Source: Eledone cirrhosa
Taxonomy: Eukaryota
DNA: 64,000 nucleotides
Direction of reading: 5' to 3'
Assembly: GCA_964016885.1 (NCBI GenBank)
Contig: OZ024741.1
Coordinates: 17,670,001-17,734,000 of the forward strand
The translations under genes were made by a program, and so were the position numbers. Shown here in pieces: positions 50,308-63,900 of the stretch (the first letter of the stretch is position 1; each line of letters begins with the position of its first letter). Under the pieces are notes generated by a model that saw only the letters and a program-made list of their open reading frames with translations, ran no database searches and had not been told where the DNA came from.

Positions 50308-50375
50308 CCTCATTACCAGAGGTTTCCCGAATAAGACGAATACGAAAAACGTCCTCATTCGTTCGTCGGATAAGG
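50308..50375 (-). ncRNA. Hammerhead-like motif family L (U4C core variant)
   Basis: Minus strand: ccttat-CCGACGA-a cgaatgaggacg...cgtcttattcg g-GAAA-cc tct gg-TA-atgagg, at the element's 3' end. Confidence 0.65.
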
Positions 50376-50964
50376 CAATTTAAAACATAGTGAAATATTT
50401 GAAAAATCTCCTCAAGAAAGGCAAAAGTTTAACGGGCAGAAAAAGTATAAATAAAAGTAATGCAAGAGATATATAAAAAAATAAGGAAATATAGTTAGGG
50501 TATGTGTATAAATGTGTGTATATTGACTCACAAATGTACATATGTGTGTATATACAAATACATGTGTATAGTGAGAAAATATGTGCGTAAGTACATATAT
50601 GAGGGCAAGCATATCAGTTTATGTGTGACCACAAATACGTATATAATATATGTTGAAAAGGAATTGTAAGATAATCGAGTTAACATACATCCAGATACAG
50701 GTATTAAGGAATGAAATATGCACACATACAAGTATGAAAGCACGCGTATAAACACACACATACGCGCGATCACACACATGCGAGTGATGTATAGAGGGAA
50801 GGGAGTACTATCATCCAAAAGGGTGCCAGTCTGAGGCTCGATACATATAAATATGAAACAATATAAGAGAATAAAAATGTTTAAATCAAAGAGAAAGTAA
50901 GGGGGAGGGGTTATCAATTATAAATTAACACTAGAAAAAAGAAAACAAACATAGGTTCGTACGT

Positions 50965-51020
<56 letters not shown>

Positions 51021-51582
51021 GTACAGACAAAAGCACATACATGCGTACATAAATACAGAGGCGCGCATACATACACACGAAGCAGATATATATATATCGG
51101 CACATGTATATCTAATCACACGTACGTACGCGACTATATATATATATATATATATATACCTATACACACATACATACACAGACATAGATATATATATATA
51201 CATGCATATACACATATATTCACCCATACACACACACACGTATATATAAGTATGTAAAAAACATAGATATAAAAACACACATACACACACATATATATAC
51301 ACACACACGCACACATACGGAGGCGTTCGTATACATATACAGAACGCATACACATACATGCACACTCACGCGCATAGATACAAATTATAAACCAGCCGTA
51401 TGATTAAATGAGTACAAATATAAAAGCGGCTGCGAAGCAATAGGATATATCTGGAGTTGAAAACGCAAGTGACATCTGATAACAGATAGTGAAAGAAAAT
51501 GGGTAAGTAAAATGTGGAATTGTGAAGATATTAGGTAAGTGAATCAAAAAGTAGGGGAGGGGGTCACTGGTGGATGTGAAAT

Positions 51583-51780
51583 AAATAAAAATAAAAATAA
51601 AAATAAAAATAAAAATAAAAATAAAAATAAAAATAAAAATAAAAATAAAAATAAAAATAAAAATAAAAATAAAACTAAAACTAAAACTAAAACTAAAACT
51701 AAAACTAAAACTAAAACTAAAAATAAAAATAAAAATAAAAATAAAAATAAAAATAAAAATAAAAATAAAAATAAAAATAA
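51583..51780. repeat. (AAAAAT)n/(AAAACT)n hexanucleotide repeat
   Basis: Direct reading. Confidence 0.95.
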
Positions 51781-52306
51781 ATCAGAAAGAGAAGTCTGTA
51801 AAGAGGATAATTAAAGGAAAGTGAAGAACAAGAGTTTATGGAGGATAAGTATCTGAAAGTGAGTTAAGTTTATATGAGCTGGAAAGCAAGTGTGATTTCA
51901 TGTGTGGGCAACTGGTGAAAATTTCTGTTTTTGCATTTAGGTAGGTTTTTGGCGTTTAAGATTCTGTAAAATCCAATATTGTTCACTTATGCAGAGTGTG
52001 CATCTTCTTGTTCCTCTTGCATATTCTTTAGATTGGTTCAAAATTGACCAATCCAATTTATATTGGATACCTTGGTCTTTCAAATCCCATATTCTGCTAG
52101 CCAGAGCTGTTGTAAATCTTTTTTCAGGATGTCGGAAAGATGCGACATGTGAGTAATAATGCGTTTTGAATTTGTCTTGTGTCATACCCACATATCGTTC
52201 GCTGGTGGCTGGTAGGTTGTTGCTGATGGTTGTCACTTTAGCCGCATATACAATGGCTTTGGTGTTGCATTTACCTTGTAATGGGCATTCACTTTTGACT
52301 CTACAT

Positions 52307-52975
52307 TTTGACTCTACCCATACATAGCAACATACAAAACCGCATCGTTGAACCGGCACATAGGGAGGCCTCAAAATGTAACTGTCACTTACCGGATAAG
52401 TGCCCACTACAAAATAGATGCTTTGAATCAAATATAGTGTACCTATGTACTATAAATTCAGGCAACTTAGCATGGCACTACATAGGTTCTACGGCGGGGA
52501 AATTAAAAAAAAGATGGTACGTCCACCGACACTCTATAAAGAACCGTAAACTAATGAATATAACAACGCTCGCCAATAAAATCTGGCAGCTGAAAGATTC
52601 AAACCAATAATTCAGGATTAGCTGGTCTAAATTGTTAGGGGCAATGGCCTACAAAATTGATATGTCCCACTGTAGACTTCGCAATATGGAATTATTCCAT
52701 ATTTTAAAATATGACAAAATGCGGCTTAACAGCAAAATTGAACGGTCAATTTTCTGGAGGCAGAAAGCAGCAAATAAATTCGGTAATTTCAAACCAACTT
52801 GTTTCGACCCAACAATTCCATAATTCAAATTATACCACCTGAGTCTATTATGGTAACCCATTATCATCATTGTTATTATTATTGTTATTAACTGTCAATG
52901 AATCTACATCATAACCTAATATATTTTCTCTCTTTCATTTTCTATCTTTCAATTTCTTTCTCTAAATATATTTCA
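52307..52975 (+). pseudogene. PLE GIY-YIG fragment of another family, head-to-head with family L
   Basis: CNC..CPLQNRC..NIVYLC..YIGSTA..KKRW..H, with an internal stop at 52610. Confidence 0.82.
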
Positions 52976-52976
52976 T

Positions 52977-53172
52977 CAGAACTCAATTTATTGTGTGTTA
53001 CAATTGTTTCCCCGTGGATCTGCCTGATTCTGGACCCGCAGAATATGCTCCGAAATCATTAGACGTGTCCGTCGAACCTGAGGGTCCAGAATTAGACAGA
53101 TCCACACAATGATCGCGGCTCGAGCTGCCCGCCCAGGAAACAATTGTAACACACAATAAATTGAGTTCAGAT
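52977..53172. mobile_element. Fold-back mini-element with hammerhead 3' halves
   Basis: Arms actcaatttattgtgtgttacaattgtttcc / ggaaacaattgtaacacacaataaattgagt (GAAA-caattg-TA), with a nested internal hairpin. Confidence 0.6.
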
Positions 53173-53332
53173 GTATCACTGATTTTTCGTTTTCTATTAT
53201 ATCATACTCTGCTCTGTAAGAGCATAGGTGCTCGACCGGCATACCGCCTATGGAAGCATCTTAGCTACCATCAAACACATATATATGTAGATATATAAGT
53301 CTGTAAGTGTGTGTTTATGTGTATATATATAT

Positions 53333-53400
53333 GTGTTGGTGTAATGGTAGCACAGTGGTCTGGATAACCAAAGATGTGGGTTCGACTCCCATGTACATCA
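53333..53400 (+). mobile_element. tRNA-like SINE head or tRNA pseudogene
   Basis: tggtgtaatggtagca (A box/D arm) and gggttcgactccc (B box/T arm). Acceptor stem is poor. Confidence 0.55.
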
Positions 53401-53669
53401 ATACTCATCTTTTTCCATTTATCTGAGGGTTCTAAACCCCATTATCAGACAAATTCCTTTAGTCAAAAAAATACGGTGAAAGCTATTTTATTTCTAATTT
53501 CAAACCTGCTCACTGTTTCAAAACATACTTACTTGTCATATATATATGTGTATGTATGTATATATATATATATATATGAATAAACTGAGGGTGAAAATAT
53601 CTTATTACGACAACTTTAAGTTTTTGATGGTCGGTTCTATCACCTTGCATATTTGTTCAAATTGATCAG

Positions 53670-56272
53670 CACCTCACCAATGCCAAATATTACGCTAAAA
53701 AATCTCTACGATGGAATGACATCACTAGAACAGAGACAGACGGAGTCCCTGCTGGCCCTCACAGACAGGCTGTTCATGGAACAAGCAGTACTCCTCCCAA
53801 CATGAGGCGAGAATGTCCTAGATCTCTGTTTTACAAACAACGCAGTGCTCATCCACAATGTAAAGGTGACACCAACGATTTTCTCGGATCATAACATAGC
53901 AGAACTAATGATATGTGGTCCAAGAGAATCAACAGAGACGCAACCATCAAGAAGCACTGGGAACTTATCCAGCCTTAACTTCTACAAGGCTAACTGGAAA
54001 AAGATCAAGAGAGAAATCCGGAAGCAAATATGGAGCGACAACATCACCACACAAGACACCAACACACATTTTCAACACTTCCTGACAACGATAAAAACTA
54101 TATCCCAAAAGTTTGACCCGGAGAAAAAGGCCAACAGACACAAAAATCTTATTCCCAGAGATAGGAAAATCCTCATGAGACGTAGAACCAAGCTCTCAAA
54201 CCAGTTGAATGCACAAAAAACAAAAAAAAATAAAAAGGAATCCTATTTGAAACGTGCACAACTTGACATCGAGATTGCACTCAAACTTTCCCATGAAAAT
54301 GAGAGGACAAAGAAAGAAATCAGGGCCATAGAAATTATTAAAACCAACCCTAAGGCCTTCTTTAAATTTTCAAAAGAGACTGCCTCGGTACACTGCAAGA
54401 TTGGGCCACTCTTCCATAAAGACGGTTCATTAACCGAGAATCCCCAAGAGATAAGTGAAATACTGAACGAACAGTACCAAGGTGTGTTCACATGTCCACT
54501 GAGGCACATGCAGATAACAATGCCAGAGAAGTTCTTTGATGCCACAACACTCCACGAAGAAATGGCAACCATCAACCACATAGACATAACGGAGGAGCGT
54601 GTGGTATAGCCATAGATGAAATTAGAACAGACGCAGCTGTTGGACCTGATGTATTTCCAGCAGTTCTCTTAAAAACATGTAAGCGGGCATTAGCAACTCC
54701 ACTGACGACGCTCTTCAGAAGCTCCTTGGTTAGCGGTAGACTACCCAGGGAGCTGAAAGAAGGCACAATATGCCATATCCATAAAGGAGGTAGCAGAGCG
54801 GAGGCCAAAACTTATAGACCAATCTCTCTGGAGTCACATATCAGTAAGGTCATGGAGCGAATCATCAGAAAGAAACTGATCACTGTCCTCGAGGAAAATG
54901 ACCGCCTGATTAGCACGCAGCATGGCATTCGCCCAGGAAGAAGCTGCTTTACACAGCTGCTATATCACTACGACTGGGTACTGAAACAACTGCTGGACGT
55001 TGCACATGTGGACGTGATATATCTTGACTTTGCGAAGGCCTTTACAAGGTCAACCACGGTATGTGTCACAAACTACACAGACTCGGCATAACTAGAAAAG
55101 TAGGTGAGTGGCTGCATGACTTCTTAAAGGACAGAAGCCAGATAGTTGCAGCAAACGGGGCCCTCTCAAAGGAAACATCAATAACAAGTGGGGTGCCACA
55201 AGGCACAATCCTGGGACACTACTGTTTTTGGTTGCTCTCTCAGACATGCTCTCTGTAGTACATACAACATCCCTCACTAGCTATGTTGATGACACTAAGG
55301 TAGCACAGGCAATAAAAAACCCGGCTGACGCTGCCCTTTTACAACAAGATCTGGATGCCATATACAAATGGGCGGAAGAAAACAACATGCAGTCTAATGC
55401 TAGAAAATTCCAAGCCCTGCAATACAAACCTGCGAACACAAATACACTACAACACAGTTACACTGGACCAGGATTGAGCGAAATTCCCGTGTCGAAATCG
55501 ATACAAGACTTGGGTATAGACATGAGCGACGAGTATCTTTTTCTTCACACATCATGAAAGTGGCGACAATGTGCAGACGACTCACTGGCTGGATCTTGAG
55601 GACTTTCCGGACAAGAGACCGAGAGACCATATTGACACTATGGAGGACATTTGTCCCAAGCCGCCTGGACTATTGCTCCCAGCTGTGGTCACCCCATAGT
55701 GTAAAACTAACAACGGAGCTTGAGGCAATCCAACGAAGCTACACCAAGAGGATTGCCACGATGAAGGAGATAAGCTACTGGGAGAGACTAAAAGAACTGA
55801 ACCTCTACTCCTTGGAACGAAGAAGGGAGAGATACGCAGTGATATGCATATAGAAGGTCCTGGAGGGAACAGCACCAAACTTTGGCATTGGGAGCTGAAC
55901 CAACCCCCGAACAGGACGTCACTGTGTGGTGCCAAAGATCCCGTCTTCCATGTCTAGAATAAGGAGCAGATATTGCAATAGCCTGGGATTCAAGGGCCCT
56001 CAACTCTTCAACAAGCTGCCGAGGGATCTGAGAGATCTGCATGGTGTGGAGGTGGATTTTTCAAGAAACATCTCGACACCTTGCTATCCAGGATCCCGGA
56101 TGAGCCCACAGCAAATCACGGGGAAAACCTAAGGGCAGCAGCAACGAACTCCCTCTTGCACCACTGGCCAACCAATACAGGCAGGAGATAAAATGTGTAG
56201 CAACAAGAGCGGTGCCCCAGTATGGCCTCAGCCGGATGGCTGGAACAGGTAAAAGAGTAAAAGAGTAAAAGA
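53670..56272 (+). pseudogene. CR1-like LINE ORF2 (APE end + RT), frameshifted
   Basis: VLDLCFTN, SDHN, YRPISL, VIYLDFAKAF, SGVPQG, YVDD, RLDYCSQLWSP, LNLYSLERRR. Ends in a (gtaaaaga)3 8-bp tail. Confidence 0.9.
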
Positions 56273-56383
56273 GATGTATCGTGTAAGATGGAGGTTGTCG
56301 TGAACAGATATTTCTGGAACCTCAGAGATGCGTGAACTTACGATATATATTATTAATTCAACATATTATCATTTTAGAACCTT

Positions 56384-56804
56384 GTATAGAAATTTCGTAT
56401 TTCTAAAGAAATACGGTTTTAGGAAGCCGTAGCTATGCAAACACCGGGGGGCTACCGCCCTCTGGTGGTGTCCAGCAGAAGCAAGAGGGACAACCGTCTA
56501 TGCATTTCAGGCTTGACTGGCCTTCTTACCGATGGTCCCTTCCACCGCTTGTGACTGCTGGACTTGAAAACAGTCGAGAATATAGAGTTTTCTCGCATGT
56601 GTAAATGAGGCGGTTAATCTCATTTTTATATGAAGCTGCATAAGTTGGCTCAAACCGTCCTGACGAAGGCCAGTCAAGCCTGAAATGCATAGACGGTTGT
56701 CCCCTTTGCTTCTGCTGGACACCACCAGAGGGCGTTAGCCCCGGTGTTTGCATAGCTACGGCTTCCTAAAACCGTATTTCTTTAGAAATAAGAAATTTCT
56801 ATAC
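56384..56804. mobile_element. Fold-back mini-element family K
   Basis: 56384-56525 inverts 56665-56804. Confidence 0.8.
56653..56698 (+). ncRNA. Minimal type I hammerhead family K
   Basis: aaccgtc-CTGACGA-aggc cagtcaa gcct-GAAA-tgca-TA-gacggtt. Confidence 0.9.
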
Positions 56805-58300
56805 ATATTGTATAAAGCTATGCTTGAAGAGAAATCTTATTTGTTTTCTGTTATAAGTTGAACCAACTTTTGCAGCATCATATGCAAATGAGATTAATCA
56901 CCTCATTTACACAGACTGATTTTTTGTTCCAGTGTTTACAACATGGTTAAGATGATAGACTGGGTTAAAATTAAAATTAACAAACATCTAATACGTTTGT
57001 ATCTTTGGTGAGATATTGTCTGCATCATATTACTATCGTGTCCAGGAGGAAAAGCTGATAAATATTTCGGTGATTCACTATTTTCTAGTATATATATATA
57101 TTATATATATATATATATATATACGTGGGAAAGTGAAAAATCGGAGAATAGACCGTTAAAACATGTTTATTTAAAATATCACCTACGTACGTTTCGCCCA
57201 GTTGGGCTTCTCAAGGGCATAAATAATCACAGGTGTTCCTTATATAGTTCGGAAAGAGTTTTGGGGGTTAAATCCACATCAAGATTCATTGCTCGCAAAA
57301 ATATCTTGTTTTGATTTTGCAGCAGGTCAAGGGAGGTAACTCTGGCTGGTGTTAGGGCAGTCTTTCCCGGATAATTTTTTTTTTTTTTTTTTCCCGTTTC
57401 TCTGAGGCTGGGTCTGGTATGCAAGGATTGTTTTCTGGGTGTTATTTTGCTGCGCCTGCCCGCCGGGGTGTTAAGACTTGTTGCAGAGAGATCCAGTGTA
57501 CTATTTCACTCTTCATTCTTAACCCATCTAAAGAAGGATATTTTTAAGCGATGTGTACAACTTATCGCTGTTTCAGCTCTGCTGTTGATGAGCTCGTGGG
57601 GTGCAGTTATGATGTGGTAGAGCTCCATGAGGCAAAGATCGCATTTCCTCTTGAAGTTGTACGGTGCAGCCCTGCCGACAATCTCCCAGTGCGTGGAGAA
57701 GCTAATGTTTAAGTCCTTTAGTGATGTGATGTAGTCCGCGAGCGAGGTGGAGTGCCTTAGTTTTCTATTTGTGAAAGAGTGGAGATGTGTTCGAAACCTA
57801 ATTTTGAACGGGCCGGAGGTGGCCCCTATATAATGTCGGCAGGGCTGCACCGTACAACTTCAAGAGGAAATGCGATCTTTGCCTCATGGAGCTCTACCAC
57901 ATCATAACTGCACCCCACGAGCTCATCAACAGCAGAGCTGAAACAGCGATAAGTTGTACACATCGCTTAAAAATATCCTTCTTTAGATGGGTTAAGAATG
58001 AAGAGTGAAATAGTACACTGGATCTCTCTGCAACAAGTCTTAACACCCCGGCGGGCAGGCGCAGCAAAATAACACCCAGAAAACAATCCTTGCATACCAG
58101 ACCCAGCCTCAGACAAACGGGAAAAAAAAAAAAAAAAAAAAAAATTATCCGGGAAAGACTGCCCTAACACCGGCCAGAGTTACCTCCCTTGACCTGCTGC
58201 AAAATCAAAACAAGATATTTTTGCGAGCAATGAATCTTGATGTGGATTTAACCCCCAAAACTCTTTCCGAACTATATAAGGAACACTTGTGATTATTTAT

Positions 58301-58338
58301 GCCCTTGAGAAGCCCAACTGGGCGAAACGTACGTAGGT
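58301..58338 (+). ncRNA. Minimal hammerhead family D (U3-A8 core); copies at 61627-61664 (+) and 57181-57218 (-)
   Basis: gccc-TTGAGAA-gccc aact gggc-GAAA-cgtacg-TA-ggt. Proximal stem I is short. Confidence 0.7.
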
Positions 58339-58602
58339 GATATTTTAAATAAACATGTTTTAACGGTCTATTCTCCGATTTTTCACTTTCCCACGTGCTT
58401 ACGCTCTGCTAACTCTCTAGTCCACTAAATATTAACACTTCGAATATTTAATACTGCCGGCACTAGTATCGAGCACCTTTGGCATACGCTACTTGGCAAA
58501 TAACTATATGTATCACCTATCCCTCCTTTTTCTCTCTTTCTCGATACGTAAATACTATATTACCGTGCTCCTTTTGTAGAGCATCTCACCTTATTTGCCA
58601 TT

Positions 58603-61335
58603 ATGTTGGAGAACCAACCGTTACCCATGTCTCTCAAGTGTATCCCCTTACCCAGCAGAACAACCTACCTTAAACTGCTTATAGACGCTACTAATTCGTT
58701 TATACGGAGAGTCAGATGGAAGGCATACCACCTGGATAAGAACACCCGTAACCTTCCTGAACCCAAAGAGAAGTATGGTTTCAAAACATACCGAAACCCA
58801 CCGCACAACACCTTACTGGACTTATTTGAAGAGGACCTGCTGAAAATGATCAAAAACATTAAGCTCAGAAAGAAACACCAATGCAGCAATCCATTCTTAA
58901 CGTCCCTTGATACACTAATAACTAAGATCAAGAATGACCCGCACCTCTCCGTCACCTCCGACAAAACCAAAAAGCTGTACAAGATGGACGCGAGTGAGTA
59001 TAAAAAATTCATCTATAAGGAACTACACACAGACTACAAAAAGACACCCTCTAGTACCCTAAATGACATAAATAGAGTAGGGAAGGATATAGTCACCAGC
59101 TTAGAAATAGAAAAGTACACTAACCCGTACGTCACTCTGACGCCTAAATTCTCTCTTAAGGATCACAAATATGACTTTAATGAAAGCCCCTCTATTAGAC
59201 TTATATGCCCCTCTACATCAGATATAGGTAAGATTAGTAAAGTGATCCTTGACAGAGTACTACTCGAGCTTAATAGAAAGGCTAAGGTCTGCCTCTGGGG
59301 CAACACCGACCAGGTCATAAATTGGTTTACCGAGTTGCCGGATAAAGCCACCCTGAAATTCATCCAGTTTGATATAGATAGCTACTACGCCTCTATCTCC
59401 CCCATACTCTTAAATAAGGCACTTATCTTAGCTAGATCTAACACTAGCCTCACCAAAAAAGAAATAGACATAATTCTAGCGGCACGTAGAACCATTATCC
59501 AGTTCGAAGGCTCCCACTGGACCAGAACCAACCGTCCTGATAACTTCGATGTCACGATGGGGTCCAGCGACTCAGCGCAAGCAACTGACCTGGTTGGGAT
59601 ATACCTCCTACATAAGCTTAGGGAAGAAATACCGGCCCTACAAGGAGGTGTATATAGGGACGACGCCCTGTTTACCGTTAGGAACCATAGCCCCCATAGG
59701 ATAGAGAACCTTAACAAACATATACACAGGTTCTTTAAGTCATACGGCCTATCCGTAACTATGGACCACAACCACAGGGTTGTCAACTTCCTGGACGTGA
59801 CCCTGGAGTTGAGTACGGGCTTATACAAGCCATACCATAAGCCTGGAGAGTGCCTCTCTTATATTAATTATGCCTCCAACCACCCTAAGCAGACTCTCAA
59901 CTCCATAGTCTATAGTATCTCACATAGAATCTCGAGGCTATCCGCCAATGAGGATATCTTCAACCAAGCGGCTGATTACTACAATAGGGCCCTGATAAGC
60001 GCCGGCTTTAACCGAGGAATTTCCTACATCCCTAACGCTAGCTCTAGAACCCCCCCCCCCTCATAAAACTAACGTTATAGTAAGCCATACCTATAACCGA
60101 TCACGCGGCGGCCTCGTTAAAGTCGGATATAATAGAATAGATAACCGCACCAAAGATCACGTCTCCGGCGACGGTGAATACTGTAGATTACTCAAACTAT
60201 TCCCCTATTACAAAACCAACAAAGGCGACGGCCTACTACCAACGCCTTCCAACCAACATCTTCGTGTACATAAACATGGAAGTGGTAGAAAGAGTGCACC
60301 CGAGCATAAAGTGAAAGGGGCACCGAACGGGCGACAGCGCATTAACACACATAAGAGCGATCACTTAGATGGAACCACCCGTAGCAAAAGTACACGGACA
60401 CGTAATCGCCACCGTAACGTCCTATGGTTCCACCCCCCTACTCTCGAAGTGTGGCCTCCAACATACCCCGGATATTCTTCGAAGCCTTAGAGAAGAACTT
60501 CCCACCCAACCATAGGTATAGAAAAATTCTTAATAGGAACAATATAAAAATATCCTTCTCTACTACTCCTAACCTAGCAGACATCATAGGAACAACGAAC
60601 CACAGTAAGATCACCAAGACACAGCACCTCGACGCAGACGCACCTACACCTGACAATAACTGTATCGGCCTTAACAACTCCCTGACAGCATCCAATAGTG
60701 TTGGCAACGGCATCCGCAGACGCAACCAGAATGACCGCGAAGTGACTGGGGAACATGCAGAACATGGCGTGCGGAATAACAATCGCACCATCCCGCGTGC
60801 TGTGGGTTGTAATTGTGCTAACGACAGCTGCGGTAGCGCAGCTAGCAACGTAGGCAGCAACAATGATAGCCTTATCGTGGGAAATAGACGGAACCGCGAC
60901 AGAAATTGCAACTGCCGCGACAGAGGACGTTGCCCCCTTAGAGGATACTGCTTGACCGATAGGGTTATATATAGATGCACTATTACTAGCCACAATAGCG
61001 TTAAACATTATATAGGGGCCACCTCCGGCCCGTTCAAAATTAGGTTTCGAACACATCTCCACTCTTTCACAAATAGAAAACTAAGGCACTCCACCTCGCT
61101 CGCGGACTACATCACATCACTAAAGGACTTAAACATTAGCTTCTCCACGCACTGGGAGATTGTCGGCAGGGCTGCACCGTACAACTTCAAGAGGAAATGC
61201 GATCTTTGCCTCATGGAGCTCTACCACATCATAACTGCACCCCACGAGCTCATCAACAGCAGAGCTGAAACAGCGATAAGTTGTACACATCGCTTAAAAA
61301 TATCCTTCTTTAGATGGGTTAAGAATGAAGAGTGA
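58603..61335 (+). CDS. PLE polyprotein RT + GIY-YIG (~910 aa after correcting two compensating frameshifts in C runs)
   Basis: SLKCIP, FIRRVRWKA, SDKT, FDIDSYYASI, MGSSDS, YRDD, FLDV, SNHP, HYIGAT, CDLC. 60062-60430 is open in the +1 frame and ends RNVLWF. Confidence 0.85.
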
Positions 61336-62566
61336 AATAGTACACTGGATCTCCCTGCAACAAGTCTTAACACCCCGGCGGGCAGGCGCAGCAAAATAAC
61401 ACCCAGAAAACAATCCTTGCATACCAGACCCAGCCTCAGACAAACGGGAAAAAAAAAAAAAAAAAAAAAATTATCCGGGAAAGACTGCCCTAACACCGGC
61501 CAGAGTTACCTCCCTTGACCTGCTGCAAAATCAAAACAAGATATTTTTGCGAGCAATGAATCTTGATGTGGATTTAACCCCCAAAACTCTTTCCGAACTA
61601 TATAAGGAACACTTGTGATTATTTATGCCCTTGAGAAGCCCAACTGGGCGAAACGTACGTAGGTGATATTTTAAATAAACATGTTTTAACGGTCTGTTCT
61701 CCGATTTTTCACTTTCCCACGTGCTTACGCTCTGCTAACTCTCTAGCCCACTAAATATTAACTCTTCGAATATTTAATACTGCCGGCACTAGTATCGAGC
61801 ACCTTTGGCATACGCTACTTGGCAAATAACTATATGTATCACCTATCCCTCCTTTTTTTCTCTTTCTCGATACGTAAATACTATATATATATATATATAT
61901 ATATAGTACAATTTAAAAAATATGATCAACATGATCAACACTAATGCGTTTTTTTTTGCAAAATGACAATAATTTTTTAGCCAGATAGAAATACCTTAAT
62001 TCAAGTACATGTAGTCCGTCTGTATCGATCTAGAAAATATTAAATATTAAATCTATACTCACAGACGTAAAATGGCAACTGCCTGGTGCCTAGACATGTT
62101 TAAATTTCAAAATTCAAACCTTTTCAGCAGATCGGTCGGAACTTCAAAACATAAACCTGTTTCACAAGGGATGGTATACTAATGAAATAATTAATTAATT
62201 ACGGAACAACTATTTATAAAATAATTATTAGTGAAGTAATCAATTTTCTGTGATTTTCAATAGGCACCCAGATAAATTATAATTACTTCTCCTAAGATGA
62301 GAATCTTAAGACTGATCTGTCGCAAGCCTAATACATGTGCTTTTGCACACGACCTTCTCAGCATTCTGGCTCATATCCATGGCGCTAGAAATAACAGCCG
62401 TAAATATGGGATTATGAATTCAGCTCTACCGAAGGAGCAGATTTATTTCAATTTAGTAGTCAAATACAATTATTAAGCTCTAAGAAAATACTTCTGAGCA
62501 TTACAGTACTGTAATGCTCAGAAGTATTTTCTTAGAGCTTAATAATTGTATTTGACTACTAAATTG

Positions 62567-62682
<116 letters not shown>

Positions 62683-62683
62683 G

Positions 62684-62720
<37 letters not shown>

Positions 62721-62899
62721 CGTTTCTGAATTTGTTTAGCAAGATTCTTTATCTGAAATCGTGTGTTGAAACGATGTGTGTTCTTATACTTTGGGAGGGT
62801 CATGTTGCCAATAAGAAACATACGCACCAGTGAAAGCAACTGGTGCGTGTGTTTCTTATTGGCAAAATGACCCTCCCAAAGTATAACAATATATATATA

Positions 62900-63452
62900 T
62901 ATATAAATATAAGTATGTATACGTACATACATATATGTATACAGACGTACAGTAATATGTATATATATATACATAAATGCACCCATATATATATGTACGT
63001 ATGGATTCACCGAACATTTATTATAAAGCTCGGTGTGTTTGCAAACAAACATACCGAATTAAGCCGTACAGTGTCTAGCAACCATCGTTGCTCATTTGTT
63101 CAACACTGACAAAGACACTGACAATCATCTGGCAGGAAGGTATACGTTGCTGACGATAATTAATAAGCTTGAAACTAGTACAGCATTCCTTTGTCAGTGT
63201 TGAACAAATGAGCAACGATGGTTGCTAGACACTGTACGGCTTAATTCGGGATGTTTGTTTACAAACACACCGAACATTATAATAAATGTTCGGTGAATCC
63301 ATACGTACATATATATGTGCGCATGTATGTATATATATATACATACTACTGTACGTCTGTATACATATATGTATGTATGTGTACATACTTATATTTAAGT
63401 AACAGCCGTACTAAGAGTGGGAAATGAAATTTCGTTTCATTTTTTCCGTTTA
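62900..63452. mobile_element. Family F fold-back with hammerhead at 63144-63186
   Basis: 62900-63115 inverts 63190-63395. Homologous to 4468-4995. Confidence 0.75.
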
Positions 63453-63477
63453 AATATATATATATATATATTATATC

Positions 63478-63565
<88 letters not shown>

Positions 63566-63664
63566 TATTGAGTATATGTTGGTTGTGTACCACAGCTTAG
63601 TATGCAGATTGCAGCACTCGACGGAGTGCGCAGGTTGGTTTGGTTACTCCGCAGTAATGTAAAA

Positions 63665-63900
63665 CAAAATAAAATAAATAAGTCAAATGTTTAAAATTTC
63701 ACTTCGTTTATTACTGCTATATATATTTCGGTGACAGCCATCTTTGGCTGTGACCTCTTCAGGCAGTCCGAATTAGTGTGGTAGAGACGAGTACAGATGT
63801 TGTTGAGGTGTAGCCAAAGATGGCTGTCACCGAAATATATATAGCAGTAATAAACGAAGCCAAATTTTAAACATTTGACTTATTTATTTTATTTTATTTT
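63665..63900. mobile_element. Family H fold-back: complete hammerhead 63713-63767 (-) and partial mirror 63812-63848 (+)
   Basis: Core identical to 26910-26964. The inverted arm starts inside stem II. Confidence 0.82.

Larger units (their letters stand above)
50290..52306 (-). mobile_element. PLE 3' fragment family L (GIY-YIG + long microsatellite-rich 3' region)
   Basis: CPLQGKC..IVYAAKV..YVGMT..FKT..CTLC at 52306-51937. Confidence 0.8.
57123..61886 (+). mobile_element. Near-complete Penelope-like element family D: inverted arm + direct pLTR + ORF + pLTR
   Basis: 57123-57836 is an inverted copy of the 3' end. 57834-58560 and 61161-61886 are near-identical direct repeats. TA runs on both flanks. 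Confidence 0.95.

Noticed and set aside
53333-53400. Functional tRNA gene (also the SINE heads)
   Set aside because: A and B boxes are present but there is no complete cloverleaf or acceptor stem.
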